DNA of 64,000 bases from Candidatus Latescibacterota bacterium (GCA_965242535.1 OZ251458.1:4555203-4619202); one strand, 5' to 3'; shown: positions 37,202 to 48,514, numbered from the stretch's first letter. Made by a program: numbers and translations. The notes: generated by a model not told the origin, from the sequence alone.

Positions 37202-38415
37202 CGCTTCTCCGCCGCCACGCGCTGCACGAGTTTCGCAAATTGTCGCGCCTGTTGGTGGCGATTAAAATGACGCACGACATAGGCGCGGGCGCGCGCGCCC
37301 ATAGCTCGCGCCCGCAATGGATTTTGGCTCAAGAAACGCACCGCTTCAGCCAGCGATGCATCATCGCCCGGCGGGACAAAAATGCCCCCTTTCGCCGCTT
37401 CGACAACTTGGCGGATCACCCCGTCAATTGCCAGAATCGTCGGTCGCCCGGCGGCCATGTAATCAAAAACCTTATTGGGATATGGGGTGCGAAACATGGG
37501 AATGTCTCGCAACGTGGCGACGCAGGCGTCAGAGGATGCGAGAATATCCGGGATGCGTGCTTTGGGTTGTGCACCGGTAAACGTAATATTCGATAAGGCC
37601 AATGTCTGCACGCGTTCTTCCAAACGATGCCGTTCCATCCCGTCGCCAACCAGCAAAAAATGAATGCGCTGTTCATTGCGGAGCCGCGTTGCCGCTCGTA
37701 TAATGGTATCGATATCATTCGCTCTGCCCAAAGCACCGGTATACGCGATGACGAACTTGTCTTTCAAGGCAAACGCATTTCTAATTTTTTTTGGGGGGGA
37801 AAACATATCTGGATCGACCCCATTGGCGATGAAACTCACGTTCTCTTTTCGCATTCCCTTCGCGATTAAATCGTCGCGGTATGCGGGCGAGTTGACCAGC
37901 AGATGCGTTGACCTTTTATAGAGAAAACGCGCCAGATAGCGGGATAGGGCGATGAGGAGCGGGTTTTTCAAGATGCCCAAATCTATCGCAAATTCCGGCC
38001 AGAGATCGCGGATTTCCAATAAAAAAGGGCGTCGATATAGCAACGCGATAAGCCAAGCCGATGCCGCTTGAAAAAGCGATGGCGAGGTGCCCATAACGAC
38101 ATCTACCTGACCGGCGCGTCGTACTGCAAAAAGCGAGGTCACCGCAAAACTGAGCAAAGACGCCAAACGATGGACAAAACTGCGATGGAGAGAGGGTAGT
38201 GTATAAGCTCGCAATATCCGCACGCCATCGAGGTCTTGTTCGGTAACCCACCCCTTTTGGGTACTTGCGCGATTTCCCGTGAGATAAATAATATTGCTGG
38301 CAATGATGGTAAAGCGGTGGCCTTTTTGCACGAGACGACGCGCCAGTTCCCAATGGCGCGTGCCACCGGGTTCATCGTGTGATGTAAATGCCTGATGAAT
38401 CAGTAGGATATGCAT
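37198..38415 (-). CDS. Glycosyltransferase family 4
   Basis: GT-B fold with a C-terminal E(x7)E-type motif region. ATGA overlap with the downstream gene. Confidence 0.8.
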   Translation of the reverse strand: MHILLIHQAFTSHDEPGGTRHWELARRLVQKGHRFTIIASNIIYLTGNRASTQKGWVTEQDLDGVRILRAYTLPSLHRSFVHRLASLLSFAVTSLFAVRRAGQVDVVMGTSPSLFQAASAWLIALLYRRPFLLEIRDLWPEFAIDLGILKNPLLIALSRYLARFLYKRSTHLLVNSPAYRDDLIAKGMRKENVSFIANGVDPDMFSPPKKIRNAFALKDKFVIAYTGALGRANDIDTIIRAATRLRNEQRIHFLLVGDGMERHRLEERVQTLALSNITFTGAQPKARIPDILASSDACVATLRDIPMFRTPYPNKVFDYMAAGRPTILAIDGVIRQVVEAAKGGIFVPPGDDASLAEAVRFLSQNPLRARAMGARARAYVVRHFNRHQQARQFAKLVQRVAAEKR

Positions 38416-38496
38416 TTGATTTGAGAAATAACCATTTATTGCGCGTCGCGATTCGCCGATTCGCTTGCGTTTTATCGCGTACCACGACAGCGCGCA

Positions 38497-40674
38497 TCAA
38501 ACGACTTTCCAATCGGTGCGGCGACCATCGGCGGCGTGGAGATGGAGATTGCCGACCAGCGCGGTCGATGTGTGGTCGGTCAACCGCAAGTCGATTTCGC
38601 CACGCCAAGTGTCCGTATCTATGAACAGGGTTTCTCCTTTGTACCTCGCGCGCCATTTCCCAGGCCCGAATCCCGTCATAAACCATGCGTCTCCGCCATC
38701 TATTTCCGCTGCAAAGGATACAGCGGGATGCCGCGCCTGGTAGTAGGGCGAATGCCATCCCCGGGCGGTATGCTCATCGGCACGCACGATTGAGACACTC
38801 GGAGGCGCAGAAGCCAACAACTGCATCGCGTAGGGACCGCGTTTTGTCTGCATCGCCATCTGTCCCAAGACCCCATCCCAACGAAAGGGAAAATCGGCCA
38901 ATAGCCAATGTAGCCGATAGCGGTGCCCCGCCGAACCGCATAGTCGATCCAGTATGAGCCAGTATTCGCCGGGAAGCCGCAACAGGCCGCGCCGGTGAAT
39001 GACCGGGGAAGACAAACGCGCGTACCCATCGTGTTCCCCTTCCCAATATCCCCAAGAAGCCCCCGGATTTTTTTGCTCAACGCGTTTGTGCCCGCGCAAC
39101 CAGGGTAGCCACATAAATCTATCGGCTCGATCCATTTGGTCGACGCCGTCCACCATAACCACATTGTGACAGGCGGTTCCCGCGAGGGCATTGTTCCAAG
39201 GATCTGGAGCGTTATAGCTATACGTACCGGCGTCGAGTGCGATATTGAGCCCCTGCCACCAGAGATCGACATGCAACATATCCGCTTGCCCTGGACGATG
39301 GCTAAAATTGGCGCATCGGGTGAACAGACGCCCTTGGGGCGAAAGTAACGTGTAATATCCGCCCACATCTGCGGACAAATCGCGTCTTTGCGGTGGGGTG
39401 ATGGGCGCGTCGAGTGCATCGGTGCCGAAGAGCCACAGCAGATCTTCGTCCCAAGGTCCGGGTGGAAAACACCGCTCTCCGCGGATCAAGTAATGCATGA
39501 CCTGTACTGCTGGACGGAAATCGCGATAGCCGCAGTTGTTCAGCGGCAGCACCAAGGCCCCGTCGTTGTGCCCATAATTAGGTGCTCTACCAGTCTGTTC
39601 ATCCAGCATCGCATATAGCCATAAAACCCCTTGCAAGACCTTCTTTTTTATCGTATCGCTGAACGGATGGCCCGCGATATCTCCGAGGCGAATGGCCCAT
39701 AGATAAACATGCAACATCACGCGGTGGTAATTGACCGAGTGTTGCGTGAACGAACCATCGTCGTAGATGAGTTCGCGGCCGAGGCACTCGAGCAGGTCGC
39801 GGCCTTTCCGTTCCCATGAGGTCGATTTTTTTAATTCCGGAAAGACCGTGCCTATCGTCCACAATCCCAGTGCTTCGCTGATGCCATGATTGTTATTTTG
39901 GCTCAGGGCATACCCGATGTTGGATTCGATTCTCTCGCCCGAAACCGCGATCATCTGCAGGAGTTGCATCACGCGCTTGGGGGTCGTCGCCTCGGCGTTT
40001 ATGAAACCGAACAATCCGAAGCACCAAGCCATGACTCTAAAGGCGGTTTCCTGACCACATTTCCAGTTTGGGCCGCTCTGAGGGCGGTTGTGTTGCCGCC
40101 AATCTTCGACGACTTGCCAGAAGCATTCGGGTATATTTTTTTCGCCCGTGCGCCCGTATGCCCGCACCATATCGTACACAAAGCCAAAGCGACTGGGTTC
40201 CCAGTAGAATTTGATATCGCCGTGGTCAAAATCTCCGATAGCACTCCAGTGTTTGTCGGGGGGAATCGCTCGATTTGTGAACGGTTCGACATGCCATCTC
40301 GGAGGAAAATGCGAAGTGAGATAGGCGTGCGAAAAATACCGCAATTTCCCCTTTTTTAGTCGCTTAGTCAATACAATTGGCCCCCTGTCGCCTTCGTCCC
40401 AGGCGGTTAATAATGGCCTGCAATGGGCGATGCGTGACATTTGAAAAAAAAAGGGTCTCTCTCGAAGGTCGGCGAACCACTCCCTAGATTTTTTTGGCAA
40501 AGGGCCATTGAGAAATGTTTCCAGTGGCAAATTTTTCCATGGGACGAGTGGTTCGCTTTTGCGTTTCCATCCCGAATGCAACTGGAATCGATAGCCCGCC
40601 CTGCGGATCATCCATTTGATACCAAAGCAGGTATATAAATGTCTCAGTATGTATAAGTGCTTGAAAATTGTCAC
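38497..40674 (-). CDS. Heparinase II/III-like polysaccharide lyase-family protein
   Basis: 725 aa with an (alpha/alpha)-toroid plus beta-sandwich pattern. NNHGISEALGL and YHRVMLHVY are typical of the PF07940 family, often embedded in capsule/O-antigen clusters. Confidence 0.7.
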   Translation of the reverse strand: MTIFKHLYILRHLYTCFGIKWMIRRAGYRFQLHSGWKRKSEPLVPWKNLPLETFLNGPLPKKSREWFADLRERPFFFQMSRIAHCRPLLTAWDEGDRGPIVLTKRLKKGKLRYFSHAYLTSHFPPRWHVEPFTNRAIPPDKHWSAIGDFDHGDIKFYWEPSRFGFVYDMVRAYGRTGEKNIPECFWQVVEDWRQHNRPQSGPNWKCGQETAFRVMAWCFGLFGFINAEATTPKRVMQLLQMIAVSGERIESNIGYALSQNNNHGISEALGLWTIGTVFPELKKSTSWERKGRDLLECLGRELIYDDGSFTQHSVNYHRVMLHVYLWAIRLGDIAGHPFSDTIKKKVLQGVLWLYAMLDEQTGRAPNYGHNDGALVLPLNNCGYRDFRPAVQVMHYLIRGERCFPPGPWDEDLLWLFGTDALDAPITPPQRRDLSADVGGYYTLLSPQGRLFTRCANFSHRPGQADMLHVDLWWQGLNIALDAGTYSYNAPDPWNNALAGTACHNVVMVDGVDQMDRADRFMWLPWLRGHKRVEQKNPGASWGYWEGEHDGYARLSSPVIHRRGLLRLPGEYWLILDRLCGSAGHRYRLHWLLADFPFRWDGVLGQMAMQTKRGPYAMQLLASAPPSVSIVRADEHTARGWHSPYYQARHPAVSFAAEIDGGDAWFMTGFGPGKWRARYKGETLFIDTDTWRGEIDLRLTDHTSTALVGNLHLHAADGRRTDWKVV

Positions 40675-40806
40675 GGAGCAATACCAAAAAGATAAATTGA
40701 CAACATCGGATAGATGATAGCGAGGCGGGGCAACCGCGGCGATTCTCCGCCTGCATCTGGTACCGGATTGAGCCTCTCGGCCAGCCGGCGGACTTTGTAC
40801 AGAAAC

Positions 40807-41661
40807 TCATACCTCCCGCCGTTCTGCCAGCAGGTGATGCGACAAAGCCCAGAACCAAGAGCGGCACGACCATCGATCCAGAGTCACGAGCGGCCAACTC
40901 GGCAACGCCGCCCACAAGATCGGGACCACCGCGATGGCGCCGCGATGATGCTTCACCTCGATCTCCAACCGGTTGAATTGTGTTGCCAATTCAACCGGCG
41001 ATGCGACTTCTCGCCTGCGCGATGGCAACAGACGGGCCAGCCAGTTTTGGTTATTGCCATCGTGAATGGCAATTCTCATCGAAGGCTTGGCATATAAAAG
41101 CAAATGCGTCAGCAAATTCTCGGATGGTCGCATGATATTGAAGGCGAACATCGAGTGAATGCCATCGAAAAGAGAATCGGCATCGGGATGAAAATCAAAG
41201 GCATTTGATCTGGCAATTTTTATATTTAATTTTATCCGAGAGATATTTTGATAAAATTTTATTCGTTTTTTTAAAATATCCAATGCCCGATCATCCAAAT
41301 CCAACGAAATAACCGTCGCGCCCATGAAGGCAAAATAAATACTTTGTGTACCCAGGCCACAACCGAGATCCAATATGGTTTTCTCCGCGTCGTCAGCTAG
41401 CAAGAAGGCGACACTCCGAGCAAAATTTCTACTGAAATGCTGTCGAAAATAAGGCCTGCGCCATGTCCTTAGCAATCCCGCTTCACGGTAATAGGAAGTC
41501 ACATACCGCTTTTCTGAATCGTCGAGAAACGACTCCGACAATTCTCGGGGTATATTGCGATACCACGCCCAGACTTCCGCTTCACTGTGATGGCTTAATG
41601 AAGGAACGTGAAATGACATCTCTTTCCCCGGGGTGTCTATACATCGCAATTGACCGTGCAT
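40807..41661 (-). CDS. Class I SAM-dependent methyltransferase
   Basis: ILDLGCGLGTQSIYFAFMGATVISLDLD. Confidence 0.7.
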   Translation of the reverse strand: MHGQLRCIDTPGKEMSFHVPSLSHHSEAEVWAWYRNIPRELSESFLDDSEKRYVTSYYREAGLLRTWRRPYFRQHFSRNFARSVAFLLADDAEKTILDLGCGLGTQSIYFAFMGATVISLDLDDRALDILKKRIKFYQNISRIKLNIKIARSNAFDFHPDADSLFDGIHSMFAFNIMRPSENLLTHLLLYAKPSMRIAIHDGNNQNWLARLLPSRRREVASPVELATQFNRLEIEVKHHRGAIAVVPILWAALPSWPLVTLDRWSCRSWFWALSHHLLAERREV

Positions 41662-41722
41662 ATTGTCTGCTTGCTCTCACCGCCGCGATTTGAAAACGTG
41701 CGATAATGATATTTTAATCGCC

Positions 41723-42754
41723 CTACTCTCGGTTGAAGTCCAACCGCAAACTCACTTGATCATAGCGCCGCGTTGATATGGGCGTCATCCAAAGAGAAGA
41801 TGGCAGGCCCCGACCGTGGGGAAATAGGATTTGACCGTATTGAAAGAGCCGCATAGGCCATAGATCTTTCCGAAAGCGGCGATACGCTTTCCAAGTTTCA
41901 CCATCTGTCGTCCCCCACAGGACGACATCCCGACAGGAATTGACTCGACTCGGTTCACAGGCGGTAGAAAAAAACATCCGCGCCCCGACCTGATAGCCAT
42001 AAAAGACCGAGCCTTCGACTTGCTGAAGCGACTCGAGCTTACGCGTTGCGCGCTCCCACCGGTAGAGATGATTCACTTCGAGCGGCGTATCCGAACCAAA
42101 ATAGACATATCTCGGCGTGAATAAGGGTTGCACGATGCGTACTTGTTGGCTACCTGCCAAGATGCGGTGTAGCGAACGAAAATGATCTGTCGTCATCCAC
42201 AGGCCGACTTCCGAATCCGCATCTCCAGTCGTCACCCACACCGCATTCGCATATCGATCGTAAAACACCCCGTGAATATGCCGGACGCCGCAGAAGGTGT
42301 ACACAGGTCGCCAGTGCCGCCCGCCATCCTCACTGCCAAAAATATGTACTGGATGCCGGGCTGGATTGTTTCGGTATTCGCCATAGTACAGCCGTAAAGC
42401 GTCAGACGCGCAGAGCGCGAGTGGTCGAGAACCACACACGGGTGTCTGTTCCGGAAGCAACGCTTTTTGCTGTAGATCGTATAGATAGATACGGCCATAC
42501 GCAACGATGACCAAGTGTCGTTCTTCAAGGCAGACGACGTGATGGACCATCGCCCGAAATAGCCGCCGCGTTAGAAGTGAAAATGTACGCGCCCGAAGTG
42601 TTAAGGGCAGTGGCAAGGTGCAGATGTGTTGCCAGTTATCTCCGTTGTCGTGGCTCATATAGAGCTGATTGCGACGCGACGCTATGACCGAGCGACCCGA
42701 TACGCAATGCACCCGTCCACGGAAACGGGCAGTCACCTTACACATGACCATATC
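41723..42754 (-). CDS. BNR/Asp-box repeat beta-propeller protein, hypothetical
   Basis: Asp-box-like SHDNGDNW, SEDGGRHW and TTDGETW. The start is uncertain (the track ORF to 42832 overlaps the upstream GT4 gene). Confidence 0.45.
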   Translation of the reverse strand, partial: DMVMCKVTARFRGRVHCVSGRSVIASRRNQLYMSHDNGDNWQHICTLPLPLTLRARTFSLLTRRLFRAMVHHVVCLEERHLVIVAYGRIYLYDLQQKALLPEQTPVCGSRPLALCASDALRLYYGEYRNNPARHPVHIFGSEDGGRHWRPVYTFCGVRHIHGVFYDRYANAVWVTTGDADSEVGLWMTTDHFRSLHRILAGSQQVRIVQPLFTPRYVYFGSDTPLEVNHLYRWERATRKLESLQQVEGSVFYGYQVGARMFFSTACEPSRVNSCRDVVLWGTTDGETWKAYRRFRKDLWPMRLFQYGQILFPHGRGLPSSLWMTPISTRRYDQVSLRLDFNRE

Positions 42755-43997
42755 CCCGCTCTGCCAAATGCGCCATAAGACGGGATACGCGCTGTTGCCA
42801 AGTGTGATGCGTTCGCACCTCGCGCAGAGCACGCTGTGCTAAAAATTTGGCTCGGTCGGGATGATCGATGAGATGGATCATGTGCCGGGCAAGCGTTGTC
42901 GCATCGCCTATAGAGTAAGTCAAGCCGCATTCATCATCGCCCAAGATCGACTTTACCTGAGGAATTCGCGCAGCGATAAACGGCTTTCCAGACGCCATGT
43001 ACTCATAGATTTTAATGGGGTCTATAGCCGCTTGCGCGGCGGAAGCCGTATGAATTAGAAGATCGAGGCTTTTTAGAATGCGCGGCATGGCGGCAAAGGG
43101 TTGTGAGCCGTGAAAATGAATCTCCGCACACACAGCTGCTCGTCGCTGGAGCACCGAGCGTTGGGGGCCATCCCCAAATATGTGCAACATCACCTCTGGC
43201 CGGTTTCGATGGACTTCAATAAAAGCATCTATCAAGGTCTCTATCCCGCACCCCGGTTTCAGAGTTCCTGCAAAGCCAATATGTGTACCCGATGCAGCGA
43301 TACCCAAAGGCGCGGGCGTAGCCCGTACAAAACGCTCGACGTCAACGGCGTTGGGTAGAACCAAAATGCGTTTCCGAAGTTTTGGGCCAAATAGTTGCAG
43401 CAACTGTTCGCGCAAGATGTCAGACACACAGACAACGACATCCGCCGCCCGTAAAGCCCCCACCTCAGCCCACTTAAGCCAGGCGTACTGTTGTGCGGCT
43501 ACGCTGTTCACTTCCAAAACCAAAGGGGTTTGGCGCAACCGGGCTTTCAGCACGGGGATCCAAGGCGCAAAACGAGTTGAGTAGCGAACATAGATAAAAT
43601 CCGGGTGATACAGGTTGGCGAAACGGCTCGCCTCTCTCTGTAGGCGCCATCGCCAGTACAAGTGTCTTCCGACAAAACGCGAATTCATCGCACGGACATG
43701 CAATTTACAACTCGGCACCACAGATGAAGGCGGGGATTCCTCGGATAGAATATCGAGTGTATAGCCAGCCCGTATCAATCCGTGCACCATGCCGTAGAAA
43801 TGTGCAATATGCCCCCCAGCACCACCAAATTGAGAGAAAAATCTGGGAATGGGCAACGCGTAAAGAGCACATCTACGAGGGCGATCAAACGCTTTTCTAT
43901 GGGACATAGGGTTCTCGAATATCGCATCCAAACAACACGACGATCGCATTTTTGAGATGGCGTCGCGTAAAAGGGCACCTGCTCGCGGGCGCAACAT
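42738..43997 (-). CDS. Glycosyltransferase family 4
   Basis: GT-B C-terminal domain ...IGFAGTL...KIYEYMASGKPFIAA. The start is uncertain; ATG 43907 is an alternative. Confidence 0.75.
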   Translation of the reverse strand: MLRPRAGALLRDAISKMRSSCCLDAIFENPMSHRKAFDRPRRCALYALPIPRFFSQFGGAGGHIAHFYGMVHGLIRAGYTLDILSEESPPSSVVPSCKLHVRAMNSRFVGRHLYWRWRLQREASRFANLYHPDFIYVRYSTRFAPWIPVLKARLRQTPLVLEVNSVAAQQYAWLKWAEVGALRAADVVVCVSDILREQLLQLFGPKLRKRILVLPNAVDVERFVRATPAPLGIAASGTHIGFAGTLKPGCGIETLIDAFIEVHRNRPEVMLHIFGDGPQRSVLQRRAAVCAEIHFHGSQPFAAMPRILKSLDLLIHTASAAQAAIDPIKIYEYMASGKPFIAARIPQVKSILGDDECGLTYSIGDATTLARHMIHLIDHPDRAKFLAQRALREVRTHHTWQQRVSRLMAHLAERGYGHV

Positions 43998-44078
43998 AAC
44001 GAACGGGTTAGATGGCTCGCCGATCGAGAATATTGCGGCACCACAATTCCAGAGTCAGCCACCGAAAGATCTGGTCGC

Positions 44079-44243
44079 TCATATCCACCTGGCCCGATAC
44101 GTGGCGACGCAACGCCCTTTACGCCGCGCCAGATCCCAGACGCATCGGGCTCGGTGCGGCATCGTGCGGATCATTGCCGCCAATTCCCGTTCGGTGACGG
44201 ACGGTTCACCGGTATAGTCGTAAATACCTGCTATCCCGCACAT
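44079..44243 (-). pseudogene. N-terminal 55-aa fragment of asparagine synthetase (AsnB/WbpS-like amidotransferase)
   Basis: MCGIAGIYDYTGEPSVTERELAAMIRTM... is the canonical class-II glutamine amidotransferase N-terminus. It terminates after 55 codons, directly downstream of wzx. Confidence 0.5.
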
Positions 44244-44250
44244 GACCGAA

Positions 44251-45786
44251 CTATCGCCTCCCCAGTCGACGCCAACCCATCTGCCACATTTGATCGAAGA
44301 CTGCCCGAAATTCCCGATCCACGAGCCGGGTAGCAAATAATGCTGCAATAAACAACGCGGGGGCGACTGCGGCGATTGCAACGACATCTCCAATCATTCC
44401 CCTGCTATTGAGCCACTGCACCATCAAATAACCTAGGCCAAACACGGGCAATCCAACGAGCCACGGGCGCAGAAACACGCCGATCGTCTGACGCAGACAC
44501 CCTCTTCCATTCACCTTGGTACAAAGCCAAGTAACCGTTGGAATGCTGATCGACCACATCGCCAGACTGGCGATTGCCACCCCGACCGCCTGCCCTTGCT
44601 CGGCACCAAACCAGAACGCGGGCAACGACAGCAACATCTGTACACCTTGCCAAATGAGTAGCACCTGAAAACGACGCTGCGATTTTAGACAGGCCATGCT
44701 CAGACTAGAGGCAAAATAGAAGGCCTGCATCACACTCAATATCTGAAAGACCGGAATGGCCGGTTGCCACTTTGACGCCAAAACCAAGTCGAAAAATGGC
44801 TCGGCAAACGCGACTTGTAGAAGCGCGATCGGAACGCACACTGCCCCAAGCACCCTTTGTGTGCGAAGAAATCCCTCAACCTGCCGCGCCGGTTGCTGTT
44901 GCAATTCTCCCAGGAACGATTGCAAGACCATCCCGATCCTACCCGCGATTACCACATTTACCTGCGTCGCAAGCAAAAAGGCAAATCCAAAAAGCCCGGT
45001 TTGATATTCTCCGGCAACATACCCTAGAACGGCTATCTCAGTATATACCAAGGCACTGTGGATATATTGGGCCCCCGCCCCCGGGAAGTAGGTATACATG
45101 AGCACGCGGGCAAGTCTTCGGTGAAAGCGGCTGGCACCGCGAACCGAACCCACACGCACATAACATACCGATCTCGCTGTTTCATTGAGCATCTGGGGCA
45201 CGACCAAGGCCGCCGCACGGCCACCGATGACCGCGCATCCAACCGAGAGCAAAGTCGCCACCAACTGAAAGAGTCCATCGATCACGGCGATTCGGCGAAA
45301 TTCGAACTTCTGCCGGAGATTCGACATAGGCACCGCGGCAATCGCCTTACAGAACGGACGAATTGCAAGCGCGACCAAAAGACCGCCGAGCCACATGGGG
45401 GGATAGGTGTCGTACACCCATAACGCAACGGGTATTGCAATTAGCGTAAGGGACGCGCTGATCGCAGCGAGCCCGAGGGCGAGACGCCGGGCGGTTAGTG
45501 CCAGAAGTTGAAGATGCCGAGGATAGGCGATCAGCACATCACCCATGACTTCTGGCGGAAAGACCCAAACGAACGTCGCTATGGCAAAGGCGGTCGTCGC
45601 TAAACCATAGTCCTCTGGAAAAAGAAAAAATGCGATGAGAAGCGTCGCGCCAGCGGTAATGAGTTTGTTCAGAAATCCTTGCGTCGAAATCCAGAACGCC
45701 CCGCTCAACGCCGGCCCCATCAATGACTTTGGGGCAACAATTTCGGGACTGTGAGAGTTGTTCATTGCAGTTGTTGGTTGCGTCAC
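44251..45786 (-). CDS. Wzx-type polysaccharide flippase (MOP/MATE-like, 12-14 TM)
   Basis: 511 aa, polytopic, PF01943/PF13440-like pattern. Confidence 0.75.
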   Translation of the reverse strand: MTQPTTAMNNSHSPEIVAPKSLMGPALSGAFWISTQGFLNKLITAGATLLIAFFLFPEDYGLATTAFAIATFVWVFPPEVMGDVLIAYPRHLQLLALTARRLALGLAAISASLTLIAIPVALWVYDTYPPMWLGGLLVALAIRPFCKAIAAVPMSNLRQKFEFRRIAVIDGLFQLVATLLSVGCAVIGGRAAALVVPQMLNETARSVCYVRVGSVRGASRFHRRLARVLMYTYFPGAGAQYIHSALVYTEIAVLGYVAGEYQTGLFGFAFLLATQVNVVIAGRIGMVLQSFLGELQQQPARQVEGFLRTQRVLGAVCVPIALLQVAFAEPFFDLVLASKWQPAIPVFQILSVMQAFYFASSLSMACLKSQRRFQVLLIWQGVQMLLSLPAFWFGAEQGQAVGVAIASLAMWSISIPTVTWLCTKVNGRGCLRQTIGVFLRPWLVGLPVFGLGYLMVQWLNSRGMIGDVVAIAAVAPALFIAALFATRLVDREFRAVFDQMWQMGWRRLGRR

Positions 45787-45842
45787 TGATCATTGTCCAA
45801 AGCGCGTCGGCGTCTCGGTATCATCGCTCCTGCTTACATAAA

Positions 45843-47129
45843 TCAGGTCAGATGACCAAATCGCCGGCGATAGAACCCCCAAATAATTCCCACGGCAGCC
45901 CACCAAATAGCCGAGGGCTGAAACGATCCAATAAGGGTACTAGGCTCGAACATCGATATGGAGATTCCCACTATCACCATGAGACCCGATGCAGTGACTA
46001 ATCCTCTATCAACCCTATTTCTCTTCAGCTTTTTGAATATTCGCGCCGCACGCGCCAAAACAAGACTGATCATACCAAAAAACCACATGGGCATAAAAAT
46101 TCCAAACTCAACCGCCCACTTGAGCCAAACATTGTGAATCCGCAACAGTTTGTCCCCCCACACCCCCCCAATTATTCGTATCTGATCGATCCCAGACCCA
46201 AAAAACGGTTGTTTTTGGATATTCTCGATGGCAATGGCATAGGTGTATATTCTACTACTAGAAAAAAAATCCAGATCATACAATGTCCATTCCTGTGGTA
46301 TTCGGGACCAACGAAACCTAGCTTTCCAAAATTGGGAAAAAGAGACAGAAAAGACAGAAAAGACAGCGATAGACACGGCGATGCCCAAGGCGATTAGCCT
46401 TTGCCGTAGAGTCAGAATCCGTGATCCCAATGTAATGAACGATGCCAACATACCAGCGCGTCCATCACTTACTAACTGTGCAGAAAAAATGCATCCAGCC
46501 ATTGTGGTGCAGAGGATTTGTCGAAAAACTGAATTTTTGTCGGACCTTGCCCAAAATAGAAATACCGCGATCGGCAGGTAGAATGCCAACCCATTTGACC
46601 ATCCCGTACTGCGGGCACCGAATCCCGTATAAGAAAAATCATAGCCTAAGTCTCCGACCGCGTCTCCGACCGCTTGAACGGATAAAGGTGCTCGCCAGTC
46701 CGGTAGTTTGGTGAACTTATGCACTACGGGAAATGCAGCGAGAAAAGAAATGATCACAACAGCGCGACAAAAAATCAATGCTACATCGGCCCCTTGCCGG
46801 GTGAGGTTGAAGAAACACCACATAAACCCCGCACCCATCATAATATCTACGACGAATGCGTTGGCAACTGACGTTTCCGTAGCTTGAACAAGTCCTGTGG
46901 CAGAGAGAACTATCAATGCCAAAAACCCCATCGGACCCCATGGCTCTTTTGGAAGATAGATTTTGCCTCCGGCCATTATTCGGAGGAGCATCATCCCGAC
47001 AGGGACGACCAAAAGGATTATCTTGGTCGCATTTACAACGGATTGAGGCACGCCCGGTAGCCAATAGACTGGTGCAGTGCCCAAATATAGACTTAGACAC
47101 CACGATTCGAGTGCAAACTTACGTGCCAT
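45843..47129 (-). CDS. O-antigen ligase/polymerase (Wzy-like) family membrane protein
   Basis: About 10 TM helices with a large periplasmic loop near the C-terminal third. Confidence 0.6.
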   Translation of the reverse strand: MARKFALESWCLSLYLGTAPVYWLPGVPQSVVNATKIILLVVPVGMMLLRIMAGGKIYLPKEPWGPMGFLALIVLSATGLVQATETSVANAFVVDIMMGAGFMWCFFNLTRQGADVALIFCRAVVIISFLAAFPVVHKFTKLPDWRAPLSVQAVGDAVGDLGYDFSYTGFGARSTGWSNGLAFYLPIAVFLFWARSDKNSVFRQILCTTMAGCIFSAQLVSDGRAGMLASFITLGSRILTLRQRLIALGIAVSIAVFSVFSVSFSQFWKARFRWSRIPQEWTLYDLDFFSSSRIYTYAIAIENIQKQPFFGSGIDQIRIIGGVWGDKLLRIHNVWLKWAVEFGIFMPMWFFGMISLVLARAARIFKKLKRNRVDRGLVTASGLMVIVGISISMFEPSTLIGSFQPSAIWWAAVGIIWGFYRRRFGHLT

Positions 47130-47170
47130 AAAATTATCTCACCGAGAAGTATCGGAAATTCCTATTTTTT

Positions 47171-48514
47171 TTAGGTCCTCAAACGGTCATGGGCAAGGCT
47201 ACAAGCTGTCCCGAGCAGGCTCCAAAAGAGAATTCTCGTCGTTGGTTGGTTCAGACCATCCCAAGCCAGAATTTGCAACAAAAAACCGCATACCCCGATG
47301 AAAATTGCCAGCAACGCGAACCGTTGCTGACGATTTTGCGTTACACTGAAAACGCGGCGGAAATCGCCAAGACGCTTGTACCAAAAAAACAGCATTGCCC
47401 ATAGACTGACCAACCCCGTCTCGGTCACCAACATAAGATACATATTTTCCGTCGTGTATCCGTGAGATTCGATCCCAGTAGCGAGGAAGGTTCCTTGGTA
47501 CCGCTCGACAAAAATCCGCGTAAAATTTCCGAATCCCAGCCCCAACAGTGGCTGATTGGCGATCTCGGACGCCGCGATCTCAAACAGCTTTAATCGCCCT
47601 CTGATATTGTCCTCATCAAGCGAAGTGGCCCCAATCCTGTTTCCGATGTACTCCACTGTTTGAGTTGTCTTTTCAACCGAAAAAAAACTGACAGCAGATG
47701 TCTTCAGCAAAATTAACACAGCGATCCCAACACCTATCTGAATGCCCCTTTTCGCGGCCCTGCGCCGGTGCCTACTTAAGCCAAGCCCCAACGCGGTCAT
47801 AAAAATAACGGCGATCCACGCGCTCCGAGCAACCGTCAGAATCAGACTTATCGCCGTTGCCATAACCCCGATCAAAAGTAAGACTCGACGTAGGCCAGCA
47901 CTGGTCCAAAAAGCCTCATTGACTAAAGTCGGGACGGTCAAACAGATAAATCCGCCCAAAAATAATGGATTGCCGAGAGTCGAAGATAGCCTATACCATC
48001 TGCTATAATAATGAGTCGCATCGTACCATCGGCCCCAAGGGAAATCCGTGTTGACGAGGTACGAAACGACGCCATAGATGGCAACGCACCCGCTGAACCA
48101 AGCGATCCAGCGCAGAATTTTGTACAGGGTAGCGGCATCAAAACTTTGCGCGATGTAAAACATGCTTATGCCCGTCACCGAGTAGTAGAAGAGCTTGACC
48201 GCGCCGATCCCGGGGTACTTAGCTCCGATCAGGCTGAGGCAACAAAAGAGGAGATAGACCCCCATCGCCCAATCCGTTTTATCCAGCATTCCGCGCCACT
48301 GTCGGGTAGCGATCGACCGCGTCGCCGCGAGCAATAGGCATAACAGAAAGGGCAAATACTTAAAAAAAGAGAACGAAATCCTTTCCAGCGACAGCGGTTG
48401 CAGGTAGTAGAAAGGCACGAGGGAGATATAGCCCAAGAGCAGTACAAAAATCCAATAGGACGTCCTGTCTGCCCCTGCGACAATAACCCTGCTCTGTAAT
48501 GCTTTCGAGAACAT
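47171..48514 (-). CDS. O-antigen ligase-like (Wzy_C) membrane protein
   Basis: Polytopic; the conserved Wzy_C loop region ...LTVARSAWIAVIF.... The start was trimmed to ATG 48512-48514. Confidence 0.6.
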   Translation of the reverse strand: MFSKALQSRVIVAGADRTSYWIFVLLLGYISLVPFYYLQPLSLERISFSFFKYLPFLLCLLLAATRSIATRQWRGMLDKTDWAMGVYLLFCCLSLIGAKYPGIGAVKLFYYSVTGISMFYIAQSFDAATLYKILRWIAWFSGCVAIYGVVSYLVNTDFPWGRWYDATHYYSRWYRLSSTLGNPLFLGGFICLTVPTLVNEAFWTSAGLRRVLLLIGVMATAISLILTVARSAWIAVIFMTALGLGLSRHRRRAAKRGIQIGVGIAVLILLKTSAVSFFSVEKTTQTVEYIGNRIGATSLDEDNIRGRLKLFEIAASEIANQPLLGLGFGNFTRIFVERYQGTFLATGIESHGYTTENMYLMLVTETGLVSLWAMLFFWYKRLGDFRRVFSVTQNRQQRFALLAIFIGVCGFLLQILAWDGLNQPTTRILFWSLLGTACSLAHDRLRT